Shown here in pieces: positions 1 to 11,370 of a DNA stretch of 64,000 nucleotides. Numbering within the stretch: position 1 is the stretch's first letter; each line of letters starts with the position of its first letter. Source of the stretch: Squalus acanthias (lineage: Eukaryota); assembly GCA_030390025.1 (NCBI GenBank), contig CM059432.1, positions 105,030,001 to 105,094,000 on the forward strand, read 5' to 3'. The notes under the pieces are model-generated. The model made no database searches. It was not told the DNA's origin and saw only the letters and a list, made by a program, of their open reading frames with translations. Both the position numbers and the translations under genes were made by a program.

Positions 1-40
1 TGAAGCTGCAGCCGAGGAGGAAGAGGAAGCCGGAGCATCA

Positions 41-928
41 GTGCCACCCTCTCCCGAGGAAGCCCATGCCCACACTGGGAACACGCCTTCCCTGGAGGGG
101 AGCAGGGGGGAAGGGTCTGATGAGGGTGAAGCTCCAGGACCCAGCGGGCTGCAGCAACGCCATGGGGGTAGGGAAGAACGGGGGCCTTCTCCCCAGAGGG
201 AGAGTATGCCAGCGACTCCTACTGCAATGGACGCAGAGGAGGAGCGGCTGATCGCAGAAATGAACACCCAGGCGGTGGGCATGCACACTGAGCTCATGGG
301 TGCAGTGGGAAGGGTGCCCGAATGCATTGAGTCACTGGCAAGGAGTGTGGAGCACTTCGCTGTAGCACCGGCGGATGCCACACTAAAGCTTAGTGCTGCA
401 ATTCAGTCACTGACTGCCGTGATCCCATCTCTGACTGCTCTCATGCAGACTCAGATTGAGGCCACGCGAGCACTGACTGCTGCCAACCTCGATGGTTCGT
501 TCACATGTCCCCGGGGCTCTCACCGCGCCGCAGCAGGCCAGCAATCTGTGCTCCAGCAGATTGCTCCGGATGCTGAAGTGCTGCCCCTTGGGAGTGCCAG
601 TGTGTCGGGCGAGCAGGGAGTTGCTGTCCTCTCTCACGATGACAGCATTCCTGCTGCCAACACTGTCACTTCTCCACTGCACTTGCCACCGCCTGTAGGA
701 CAGACTGCTGCCGCCCATGCAGAGTTGGTGCAGTCTGCAGCCGGGCCCTCCAGGCCCAGAACTGGTCGAGGCCGTCCTTCAGGGGCATCTGCAGTGTCAG
801 GGTCTGACAATCAGCAGCCTTCCACCAGCCTTGCTGCAGCCACTGAGGTCCCATTACGGAGGAGCAGTAGGGTTAGAAGGGGGGAAGTGCGCAAGGGAAG
901 GAGATCACCCTCGAAGGGCAAAAAGTAG
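41..928 (+). CDS. C-terminal part (last exon) of the Harbinger Myb/SANT-like partner protein
   Basis: Open frame of 295 codons. Segments GMHTELMGAVGRVPECIESLARSVE and AVLSHDDSIPA recur in the Myb-gene last exons at 8573-8767 and 56400-56930. Confidence 0.75.
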   Translation: MPPSPEEAHAHTGNTPSLEGSRGEGSDEGEAPGPSGLQQRHGGREERGPSPQRESMPATPTAMDAEEERLIAEMNTQAVGMHTELMGAVGRVPECIESLARSVEHFAVAPADATLKLSAAIQSLTAVIPSLTALMQTQIEATRALTAANLDGSFTCPRGSHRAAAGQQSVLQQIAPDAEVLPLGSASVSGEQGVAVLSHDDSIPAANTVTSPLHLPPPVGQTAAAHAELVQSAAGPSRPRTGRGRPSGASAVSGSDNQQPSTSLAAATEVPLRRSSRVRRGEVRKGRRSPSKGKK

Positions 929-1239
929 GAGGTGTGACAAAATGCTGGTCATTTTTTTATTAAAGGCCGAGGTTCGTGGTCCAACTTTTGTCTAGTGTTT
1001 TGGACATTATCTCCAGGTTGTGAGAACCAGTTATGTTAATGACTTTTTTTTGTGTTTATTTCTATGAGTTTGTCATGAGGAAATGACACACACAGAGTTT
1101 GTAAAATAAATAAGTTTTTGTATTCAAAATATACATGTTTGGTGTTTGGAATCATTGGTGCCTTGGCCGGCTTAGGGGTTGCGTGCTGGGTTCATTGATG
1201 TTGTTAGCAATGGCAGAAGCCATTTCCACAGCAGGGGCC

Positions 1240-2400
1240 CTAGAAGCGGCTTGCTATCAGCCGTTGACGGACGGCCCTTGCAGTTTCACCATTGTGGGCC
1301 GCCCTCCCGCCTTGGTGCTGCTGATGATCATCCTCCTCGTCCTCTTCCTCCTCTTCCTCCTCCTCCTCTGGTGGTGCTCCAAGGCCTGGTGGCATTGGCT
1401 GGGTCCTGACGATTGCCATGTTATGCAACATGCAGCACACAACTACGAAGTTGGATACTCGCTCAGGCGAGTACTGCAGGGCTCCTCCAGAATGGTCGAG
1501 ACAGCGGAACCGTTGCTTCAGCACGCCGATTGTGCGCTCAATTATGTTCCTGGTAGCTTGATGGCTCTCGTTGTACCGCAGCTCAGCAGGGGTGTTGGGC
1601 GTACGGAGCGGTGTCATCAGCCAGGTGCTCAATGGATACCCCTTGTCCCCGAGAAGCCAACCAACTGGCTGATGCGGTGCCTCGAAAAGTTCTGCCACAG
1701 TAGTCTGGCGCAGGATGAAAGCATCGTGGCAGCTGCCAGGATAGTGGGCATTGACAGCGAGTATCAGCTGTCTGTGGTCACAGACCAACTGAACATTCAA
1801 GGAATGGAACCCCTTTCTGTTCCGGAAATCCTCGGCATTCTCATGCGGAGCACGCAAAGCCACATGCGTGCAGTCAATGGCGCCCTGCACCATGGGGAAG
1901 CCCGCTATCCTCGCAAAGCCCAGAGCGCGGTCACGCTGCTTGTCTGGGGTCATGGGGAAAGAGATGACCTCTCGTCTCCTTTTAAAGAGGGCATTTGTGA
2001 CCTGCCGGATGCAGCAATGCACCGCGAACTGGGAGATATTGGCGAGGTCCCCAGCAGCAGCTTGAAATGAGCCAGTAGCATAGAAGTTGAGAGCCACTGT
2101 GACCTTCACTGCCACCGACAGAGACGTCCTGGACCTCAGTTGAGGCTGCAGATCTGGCTGCAGCAGGTGGCAGAGCTCAGTGACCACCTCCTTGCTGAAT
2201 CGCAGCCTTCGCAAACACAGCTCCTCAGACAAATGAATGTAGGAGAGCTGTTCACGATATACCCTGGGAGGGTAAGCTCTCCTGTACAGACGCCTGTTGG
2301 CCCTCCTCCGTCTGGCCATCATTGCCACTCTCTCTCTGCGTCTCTGTGTCCTCCGATTCAGCTGGAGCAGGACGACGCCCCCATTCAGTGCAGCCCCCAT
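1240..2400 (-). CDS. Harbinger (HARBI1-like) DDE transposase, apparently intact (ATG at 2400; frame open to 2469)
   Basis: Motifs GAIDCTH, NRKGFHSLNVQLVCD, PGSCHDAFIL, LGDKGY, IERTIGVLKQRFRCL and CCMLHN; no stop codons. Confidence 0.92.
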   Translation of the reverse strand: MGAALNGGVVLLQLNRRTQRRRERVAMMARRRRANRRLYRRAYPPRVYREQLSYIHLSEELCLRRLRFSKEVVTELCHLLQPDLQPQLRSRTSLSVAVKVTVALNFYATGSFQAAAGDLANISQFAVHCCIRQVTNALFKRRREVISFPMTPDKQRDRALGFARIAGFPMVQGAIDCTHVALRAPHENAEDFRNRKGFHSLNVQLVCDHRQLILAVNAHYPGSCHDAFILRQTTVAELFEAPHQPVGWLLGDKGYPLSTWLMTPLRTPNTPAELRYNESHQATRNIIERTIGVLKQRFRCLDHSGGALQYSPERVSNFVVVCCMLHNMAIVRTQPMPPGLGAPPEEEEEEEEEDEEDDHQQHQGGRAAHNGETARAVRQRLIASRF

Positions 2401-2913
2401 AGTCTCTTTGCAAGCAAAGTTATGAAGGACAGCAAGCAAAGTACCAGCGAAGTTAGGATCAGTAGGCAAAACTACCTCACAAAGCGTTGACTCAATGCAG
2501 AAGTCTCTCTTTCTCTCTCTCCGAATCTCTCTCTCTCTCTCAGAACGAGTGGTGCAAAAATGTCAACCACAGAAAAAGACAGGAAGAGGCCCCCTTTAAA
2601 TAGCGCCCCCCCCCAGCCCCACAGCGATTGATAGCATTCCAGTCTTCCGGTCGTTGGATGCGCCAGGCGGTAAGGCAGGGGGGCGCCACTCAATTTCCGC
2701 TCCGGGGCGCCACAAGGGCATTGCACCATGGAATGACGTCACAATCTGCGCGCGCAGGTGGTCGCGGCGGTAAAGTTTAGCGCCGCCGCACAATGTCTAG
2801 TTAAGTTCCCGAGCGGCGCAAACATCGCTGCGCCCGGGCGCTAGCGCCTTTGTGCCCTATTAGCGCCCTCTTAAGGCGCTAACGGGAGGCGCAACCAACT
2901 GAATTTTTCCCCC

Positions 2914-5900
2914 ATAGAGTTATACAGCACAGAAAGAGGCCCTTCGGCCCATCATGTCCGCGCCGGCCATCAAGCCCTGTCTATTCTAATCCCATTTTCC
3001 AGCACTTGGTCCGTAGCCTTGTATGCTATGGCGTTTCAAGTGCTCATGCAAATGCTTCTTGAATGTTGTGAGGGTTCCTGCCTCTACCACCCTTTCAGGC
3101 AGTGAGTTCCAGATTCCAACCACCCTCTGGGTGAAAATTTTTTTCCTCAAATCCCCTCTAAACCTCCTGCCCCTTACCTTGAAACTATGCCCCCTGGTTA
3201 TTGACCCCTCTACTAAGGGGAAAAGTACCTTTCTATCTACCCACCTATGCCTCTCATAATTTTGTACACCTCAATCAGGTCCCCCCTCAGCCTTCTCTGC
3301 TCCAAGGAAAACAACCCCAGCCTGTCCAGTCTCTCTTCATAGCTGAAGTGCTCCAGCCCAGGTAACATCCTGGTGAATCTCCTCTGCACCCTCTCCAATG
3401 CAATCACATCCCTCCTATAGTGTGGCGACCAGAACTGCACACAGTATTCTAGCTGTGGCCTAACTAGCGTTTTGTACAGCTCCATCATAAGCTCCCTGCA
3501 CTTATATTCTGTGCCTCGGCTAATGAAGGCAAGTATCCCATATGCCTTTTTAAGCACCTTATCTACCTGTCCTGCTGCCTTCAGGGATCTATGTACATGC
3601 ACACCAAGGTCCCACTGATCCTCTGTCCTTCCTAGGATCCTACCATTCATTGTGTATTCCCTTGCCTTGTTTGTCCTCCCAAAATGCATCACCTCACACT
3701 TTTCAGGGTTAAATTCCATTTGCCACTGTTCTGCCCATCTAACCATCCCGTCGATATCGTCCTGTAGCCTGAGGCTTCCCTCCTCGCTATTTACCACTCC
3801 ACCAATTTTCGTGTCATCTGCAAACTTATTGATCATACCTCCTACATTCATATCTAAATCATTAATGTACACTACAAACAGCAAGGACCCAGCACCGATC
3901 CCTGCGGTACACCACTGGACACAGGCTTCCAGTCACAAAGACAACCCTCGACCATCACCCTCTGCCTCCTGCCACTAAGCCAATTTTGGATCCAATGTGC
4001 CAAATTGCCCTGGATCCCATGGGCTCTTACCTTCTTGACCAGTCTCCCATGTGGCACTTTGTCAAATGCCTTACTGAAGTCCATGTAGACTATATCAACT
4101 GCACTACCCTCATCCACACACCTAGTCACCCCCTCGAAAAATTCAATCAGATTGGTCAGACATGATCTCCCCCTGACAAAGCCATGCTGACTCTCCCTGA
4201 TTAATCCCTGCCTCTCCAAGTGGAGACTAATTCTGTCCCTCAGAATTTTTTCCAATAATTTCCTTACCACTGATGTTAGGCTCACTGGCCTGTAATTCCC
4301 TGGTTTATCCCTACTACCCTTCTTGAACAATGGTACTATGTTAGCTGTTCTCCAGTCCTCTGGCACATCCCCTGTGGCCAGAGAGGTTCTGAAAATTTGT
4401 GTCCGAGCCCCTGCAATCTCCTCCCTTGCCTCACACAGCAGCCTGGGATACATTCCATCAGGGCCTGGGGAGTTATCCACTTTTAAGCCCGCTAAAACCA
4501 CTAGTACCTCCTCCCTCTCAATATTAATTTGTTCAAGTATATCACAATCCCTCTGCCTGATTTCTATGCCTACATCACCCTTCTCCATAGTGAACACAGA
4601 TGCAAAATATTCATTTAAATCCTCACCTGCATCTTCTGGATCTACACACAGATTGCCACTTTGGTCCCTAATGGGCCCTACTCTTTCCCTGGTTATCTTC
4701 TTGCCCTTAATATACTTATAAAACACCTTGGGATTTTGCCCGCTAGTGTTTTTTCATGCCCGCTCTTTGCTCTCCTAATTTCTTTTTTAAGTACCCTCCT
4801 GCATACTGCTCTAGGCTTCCACTGTTTTTGGTCCTTTGTATCTGCCAACAGCCTCCCTTTTTTTCTTAATCCATTCTCGTATTTCCCTTGACATCCAGGG
4901 TTCCCTGGGCTTGTTGGTCCCACCCTTGACCTTTACGGGAACATGTTGGCATTGTACTCTCTCTCCTTTCTGAAAGACTCCCACTGCTCTGATGTGGATT
5001 TTCCTACAAGTAGCTGATCCCAATCCATTTTGGCCAGATCCTGCCTTATCATATTAAAATCGGCCTTCCCCCAATTTAGAACCTTTATTTGCGTTCCATC
5101 TTTGTCCTTTTCCATGACTACCTTAAATCTCACTGAATTATGGTCACTGTCACCAAAATGCTCTCCTACTGACACTTCTACCACTTGCCCGGCTACATTC
5201 CCTAGAATTAGGTCCAGTACCGCCCCCTCTCTTGTAGGACTTTCTACATGCTGGCTCAAAAAGCTCTCCTGGATGCACTTTAAGAATTCCGCACCCTCTA
5301 AGCCTTTCACACTCTGACTATCGCAGTTAATATTGGGGAAGTTGAAATCCCCTACTATTATTACCCTATTATTTCTATACTTCTCTGAGATTTGCCTACA
5401 TATCTGTTCCTCTATCTCCCCCTGACTGTTTGGAAGCCTATAGTACACTCCCAGCAAAGTGCTTGCCCCCGCGAGTTGGCTAGGATGGATTGGGGAACGT
5501 TACTTAAAGGGTTGACGGTGGATAGGCAATGGCAAACATTTAAAGATTGCATGGATAAACTACAGAATTTGTTCATCCCTGTTTGGCATAAAAATAAAAC
5601 AAAAAAGGTGACTCAACCGTGGCGAACAATGGAAATTAGGGATAGCATAAGTTCCAAGGAGAGGACATATAAATTGACCAGAAAAAGCAGCAAACCTGAG
5701 GATTGGGAGCAGTTTAGGATTCAGCAAAGGAGACAAAGGGATTAATTAAGAGGGGGAAAATAGAGCATGAGAGTAAGCTTGCAGGGAACATAAAAACTGA
5801 CTGTAAAAGCTTCTATAGATATGTGAAGAGAAAAAGATTGGTGAAGTCAAGCGTAGGTCCCTTGCAGTCAGAATCAGGGGAATTTATAATGGGGAACAAA

Positions 5901-7795
5901 GAAACAGCAGACCAATTAAATACATACTTTGTTTCTGTCTTCACAAAGGAGGACACAAATAACCTCCCAGAGATGTCGGGGAACATAGGGTCTAATGAGA
6001 GGGAGGAACTGAAAGAAATCAGTATTTGTAGGGAAATGGTGTTAGAGAAATTGATGGGATTGAAGGCCGATAAATACCCAGGGCCTGATAATCTACATCC
6101 TAGGGTACTTAAGGAAGTGGCCCTAGAAATAGTAGATGCATTGCTGGTCATCTTCCAAAATTCTATAGACTCTGGAACAGTTCCCATGGATTGGAGGGTA
6201 GCTAATGTAACCCCACTATTTAAAAAAGGTGGTAGAGAGAAAACGAGGAATTATAGACCGGTAAGCCTGACATCGGTAGTGGGGAAAATGCTCGAGTCCA
6301 TTATCAAAGATGTAATAGCAGAGCACTTGGAAAACAGTGACAGGAGCGGACAAAGTCAACATGGATTTACAAAAGGTAAATCATGCTTGACTAATCTACT
6401 GGAATTTTTTGAGGATGTAACTGGTAGAATAGATAAGGGAGAACCAGTGGATGTGGTGTATTTGGACTTTCAGAAGGCTTTCGATAAGGTCCCGCATAAG
6501 AGATTAGCGTGCAAAGTTAAAGCACATGGGATTGGGGGTAAGGTACTGTCTTGGATAGAAAACTGGTTGGCAGACAGGAAGCAAAGAGTTGGAATAAACA
6601 GGTCTTTTTCTGAGTGGCAGGCAGTGACTAGTGGGGTACCGCAGGGATCGGTGCTAGGACCCCAGTTATTCACAATATATATTAATGATCTAGACGAGGG
6701 AACTAGATGTAATATCTCCAAGTTTGCAGACGACACAAAGCTGGGTGGGCGTGTGTGCTGTGAGGAGGATGCAGAGAAACTCCAGTATGATTTGGACAGG
6801 TTGGGTGATTGGGCAGATGCATGGCAGATGCAGTATAATGTGGATAAATGTGAGGTTATCCACTTTGGTGGCAAAAACAGGAAGGCAGATTATTATCTGA
6901 ACGGCAATAGATTGGGAAAAGGGGAAGTGCAACGAGACCTGAGTGTCCTTGTGCACCAGTCGCTGAAGGTAAGCATGCAGGTGCAGCAGGCGGTTAAGAA
7001 GGCAAATGGTATGTTGGCCTTCATAGCGAGAGGATTCGAGTACAGGAACAAGGATGTCTTGCTGCAGTTGTACAGGGCCTTGGTGAGACCACCCCTTGTG
7101 TATTGTGTGCAGTTTTGGTCGCCTTATCTGAGGAAGGATGTTCTTGCCATGGAGAGAGTGCAGCGAAGATTCACCAGACTGATACCTGGGATGGCAGGAA
7201 TGACATATGAAGAGAGATTGGGTCGATTGGGCTTGTATTCGCTAGAGTTTAGAAGAATGAGAGGGGATCTCATTGAAACTTATAAAGTTCTAACAGGACT
7301 AGACAGACTAGATGCAGGAAGGATGTTCCCGATGGTGGGGGAGTCCAGAACCAGGGGTCACAGTCTAAGGATAAGGGGTAAGCCATTTAGGACTGAGATG
7401 AGGAGGAATTTCTTCACCCAGAGAGTGGTGAACCTGTGGAATTCTCGACCACAGAAGACAATTGAGTCCAATTCATTAAATATATTCAAGAAGGAGTTAG
7501 ATATATTTCTTAAGGCTAAGGGGATGAAGGGATATGGGGAGAATGCAGGGACAGGGTACTTAATTTGGATGATCAGCCATGATTGCATTGAATGGCGGAG
7601 CAGGCTCAAAGGGCCTGAATGGCCTACTGCTGCTCCTATCTTCTATGTTTCTATGTTTCTATGTTTTTGTTATTAAGTTCTACCCATATGGCCTCATTAG
7701 AGGAACCTGCTAAGATATCATCCCTCCTTACAGCAGTAATTGACTCCTTGATTAATATTGCGACACTCCCTCCTCTTTTACACCCCCCTCTGCTC
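2914..7795 (-). mobile_element. CR1 LINE, frameshifted ORF2 (APE endonuclease + RT), split by another CR1 inserted at 5471-7662
   Basis: GDFNFP, SDH, NYRPVSLTS, DFSKAFDKV, GVPQGSVLGP and FADD motifs. The endonuclease reads EAIWVELNNK (about 7665-7695) then GASTLLGVYYR (from about 5469) across the insertion. Confidence 0.9.
5471..7662 (+). mobile_element. CR1 LINE, 5'-truncated, RT frame open at 5823-7676, (TCTATGTT)n tail
   Basis: RT motifs including GVPQGSVLGP and KFADDTK, the CR1 C-terminus RRNFFTQRVVNLWNS, and an 8-bp tandem tail. Confidence 0.93.
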
Positions 7796-10607
7796 AATGC
7801 ACCACACCACCAGCACTCACCTACCAACAATCTCTTCCTATCACCAATCACACCTCACACTCACAGCTTCACTTCACCCTCACAACCTTATCACTGCTGC
7901 AACACTCACACCCACATCTCACAACTTGCACACACTGACTGCTATTCAACTATGGCAGGCACATCACCCAAACACATTGCACCGCACTCACTCACACACT
8001 TCTTTTTCTCTTGCAGACAAACATTATGCATAATTGGAGAGAGTAGCGGCAGACAGGCGAGGGGCAAGCTGCCATCCAGGACCTCAGACAGCTGGAGGAG
8101 AGAATGCTGAAGATCATTGGGTGGCAGATAATGGAGGCCGTAGGCAACCAGCGAGGTTAAACCCCTTGGGGACAACAACGGTATTTTCATTCCTAATCCT
8201 TCTTCTCACATCCCACTTCCCCCTCATCCCACAATCTCTTCTCACTTTCAAGCTGCTAATGCTGTAAGCATGCATATCTTGTTTCCCCGCCCCCGTCCCC
8301 TCACCATCACTCTTGTGACATTTATCTTTCAGATAATCAATACCAAGCACCCGAGCAGCCAGTCCCCGAGGCGATGCAAGAGAGCAAGTGGGGAGGAGAA
8401 GAAAAAGAAGAAGACACAGCATCACTGCATCTGTCGCTCGCTCAGAAACTAGCACTGCGCATACTTTAGAGGCTAGTGTAGAAGCGGGATCTGCACAGCG
8501 TGAGGTACTGGGCACGAGTGGGCTGCAGCAAGGCCAGGGGGAAATGATAGCTCCAGGACCAGCTCCCGGAGGGTGAGTTCGTGCGTGAGTTCTGCTGCAC
8601 AGGACTCAGATGAGGACCTTGATGGGGCGGCCTTCAGAAGAAGGGTGATGGGCATGCACACCGAATTGCTAGGTGCAATGGCAAGCCTGCCAGAGAGCCT
8701 CTTGGCAATGTCAAGGAGCATGGAGGAGTTGGCCTCCAACATTGCACGGGGCTCTGCGAGAGCTTGAAGGCCAGGATTCCTAGGCTGGAAATGATGGAAA
8801 ACTCCCGAACCAAACATAATGCTGTGTGTGATGGGCGATGTCGTGGCTGCCATTGCAGCACAGGTGGAAGCAACCCAACATCTTAGTGCTGCAGCAGAAG
8901 CGCAGACCACTCTCATGAAGTCTCAGCTGTGATATTCCATGACAGAGAAATGGTATGATGGGGATGTGGTGCGCAACGGGGATCTGGGGTTTCATTCATT
9001 CGGATTGGAGTCTGATGAGGCATTCACAGACAGCCTGTCTGGAAGGCGGATTGGCTGCCTGCCTCCTCCCTCCCTCCTCATCCTCTTCCTCTTCCTCCTC
9101 CTCATCCCTCGTCTTCCTCCTGAGATGGTCCCGCAATCCCTGGTGGCAAGGGCTGTGCCCTCATGATGGCCAAGTTGTGAAGCATGCAGGAAACCACCAC
9201 GAAGTGGGACACCTGCTCTGCCAAGTACTGGAGGGCTCTTCCCGAGCGTACAAGGTAGTGGAACTGTTGCTTCAGTAGCCCAATGGTCTGCTTGATGATG
9301 TTCCTGGTGGCAGCATTATATGAGAGCTGGGCACGAGTGGTGGGGTTGCGGAGGGGAGTCGTGAGCCAGGTGCAGAGGAGATAGCCCTTGTCTCTGAGCA
9401 GCTACCCTCAAGTTTCATGTGTTGGCTGGAAGATTGCTGGCAGACCGGACTGACGCAGGATGATGGCATCATGGCTGCTGCCAGGATAGCGGGCATTGAC
9501 CATCAGGAAGTGCTGGGCGTGGTCGCACACCCACTGCACATTAAGTGAGTGGTAGCCTTTGCAGTTACGGAAGATCTCAGGATTGGTATACGGCGCCCGC
9601 AAAGCCACATGGGTGCAGTCGATGATGCCCTGCACCATGGGGAAGCCCGCTATCCTGGCAAAGCCACATGCGCGCTCATCCTGCTTTCTCTGCTCATAGA
9701 GAAGAAAACTTAATCCATTCTCCTGGTGTAGAGAGCCTCTGTGACCTCCCGGACGCAGCGATGGATGGCGAACTGTGAGATGTTAGCTATGTCTCCTGCT
9801 GCAAACTGGGAGGATCTGCTGGCGAAGAAATTGAGGGCCACGGTGACCTTGACTGCCACTGGGAGAGCCATGGTCGCCCTGCTCTCAGGCTGCGGGTCTG
9901 GTTGCAGGAAGTGGCAGAGTTCTGTGACCACCTCCTTGGTGAAGTGGAGCCTCCATTACACTGCTTCTCACTTAAGTGGATATAAGAGAAGTGCTCTCTG
10001 AAGACCCTAGGTGGGTAAGGCCTCCTGTTGAGAGCCCTCCTGGCCCTCCTCCTCCTTCCTCTGCAAGCATCTTCTCCTCTTCTTCGCTGTCTCTGCTCCC
10101 TCTCCCTAAGATACTCGAGCATGAGGGGGACTGCCATGACTGTGAGCAAGTAGTGTGAGCAGAAGCCTTTAAATAATAATGAAGGCGTTCTCCACTTGCA
10201 GCAACTCTCCCTGTTACCTTAGAACCTTGAAGGAAGTTAATAAAGCTGCTAGAGTTGCAGAAAGTTGCACAGAGCCAGTCAAACTGCAGAAACATGTCAG
10301 GTGCAATTGATTGCTGTTGATCCCTTTAAATACCGCTGCTGGTGCCTCCTTCCTGCTTGTCAATGCTTGCTCAGCTGGTTTCACTTAAGGCATGCCGGTA
10401 AATGGAGCGGCGCACTCGAAACTCGCAGATCAGGCGCCAAGTGAGCATTGCACACTCACTGACATCACGATCTGCATAATCTACATATCCCTAGTGAGCA
10501 TGGACATCAGAAATGGCGGCCGCCGTGGGACCTGCCAGCAGTGGGCGGAAGAGCGGCCCGAATCTGGCGGTAATGGGCGTCGCTAAACCCCCCTGAACTT
10601 CTAGGCC
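7796..10607. mobile_element. Decayed Harbinger: Myb-gene exons on + (about 8016-8930), frameshifted transposase on - (about 8990-10140)
   Basis: MVQGIIDCTHVALRAP and LPVAVKVTVALNFFA fragments, splice-like acceptors TTGCAG (about 8016) and TTTCAG (about 8332), and a terminus GAACTTCTAGGCC. Confidence 0.85.
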
Positions 10608-11365
10608 AAGGATGTAATGTTGAACATGTACAAGACCTTAGATCACAATTGGAGTATTATTATTCCACATTATAGGAAGGATATAAAAGCATTGGACAAG
10701 ATGCAGCGTAGATTCACTGGAATATTATATTAAAGTTATGAAAAGAGAGCTTGTTTCTTATTCATTCACGGGATCTGGGCGTCACTGGCAAGGCCAGCAT
10801 TTATTGCCGATCCCTAATTGCCCTTGAGAAGTCTTGAAAAGTGTAGGATTCTTTCACTAGAGATGAGAAGATTAAGCAGTAACCAGACAGAGGTCTTCAG
10901 AATTATGAAAGGATGTAATAAAATTAGTGGTAATAGATTGCGTCCACGAGTCAGTGAAACATTATTAAGAGGGCACAAATTTAAGATAATCACAAAAAGA
11001 ATTAAAAGGGAGGTTAGAAACATTCTTTGCACAGAGGGTGGTTAGAATGTGGAATTTTCTGTCATAAACTGTTTTTGAAGCAAAGCTCCATATTTTTCTT
11101 TTACACAGAAATAGTTGCTTGAATAAAAGAAATATTAAAGTATATGGGGAGTGGAAACATGGGGAGTGGAAATATCTCCCTCAAAAGCAGTTGAGACTAG
11201 GTCAATTGAAAAATTCAAAACTGAGATCGATAGATTTTTGTTAGATCAGGGTATTAAGGGATACGGAGCTAAGGCAGATAAATGGTGTTGAGGTACAGAT
11301 CAGCCATCATCTAATTGATTGGCAGAACAGACTCTAGGGGCTGAATGGCCTACTCCTGTTCCTAT
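10608..11365 (+). mobile_element. Old CR1 3' fragments, plus a short minus-strand 3' end (about 10760-10830) of the LINE family at 24555-43525
   Basis: Degenerate CR1 C-terminal coding sequence and 3' UTR; GGCCAGCATTTATTGCC matches the reverse complement of 43477-43493. Confidence 0.65.
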
Positions 11366-11370
11366 AAATA

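Larger units (their letters stand above)
1..2913. mobile_element. Harbinger/PIF DNA transposon; left end lies outside the window
   Basis: Convergent transposase (-) and partner ORF (+). Right terminus GAATTTTTCCCCC at about 2901-2913, the same end as the MITE at 61109-61859. Confidence 0.9.

Noticed and set aside
1135..2070. 311-aa plus-strand ORF with a hydrophobic stretch
   Set aside because: Antisense shadow of the transposase; the Leu run is the complement of its poly-Glu codons.
1240..2400. Domesticated host HARBI1 gene
   Set aside because: It lies inside a TIR-bounded element with a convergent partner gene, and decayed relatives are nearby.
5455..5490. Head-to-head CR1 junction as a twin-priming inversion
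   Set aside because: The minus-strand endonuclease frame resumes at about 7665-7795, so this is a simple nested insertion of a different CR1 family.
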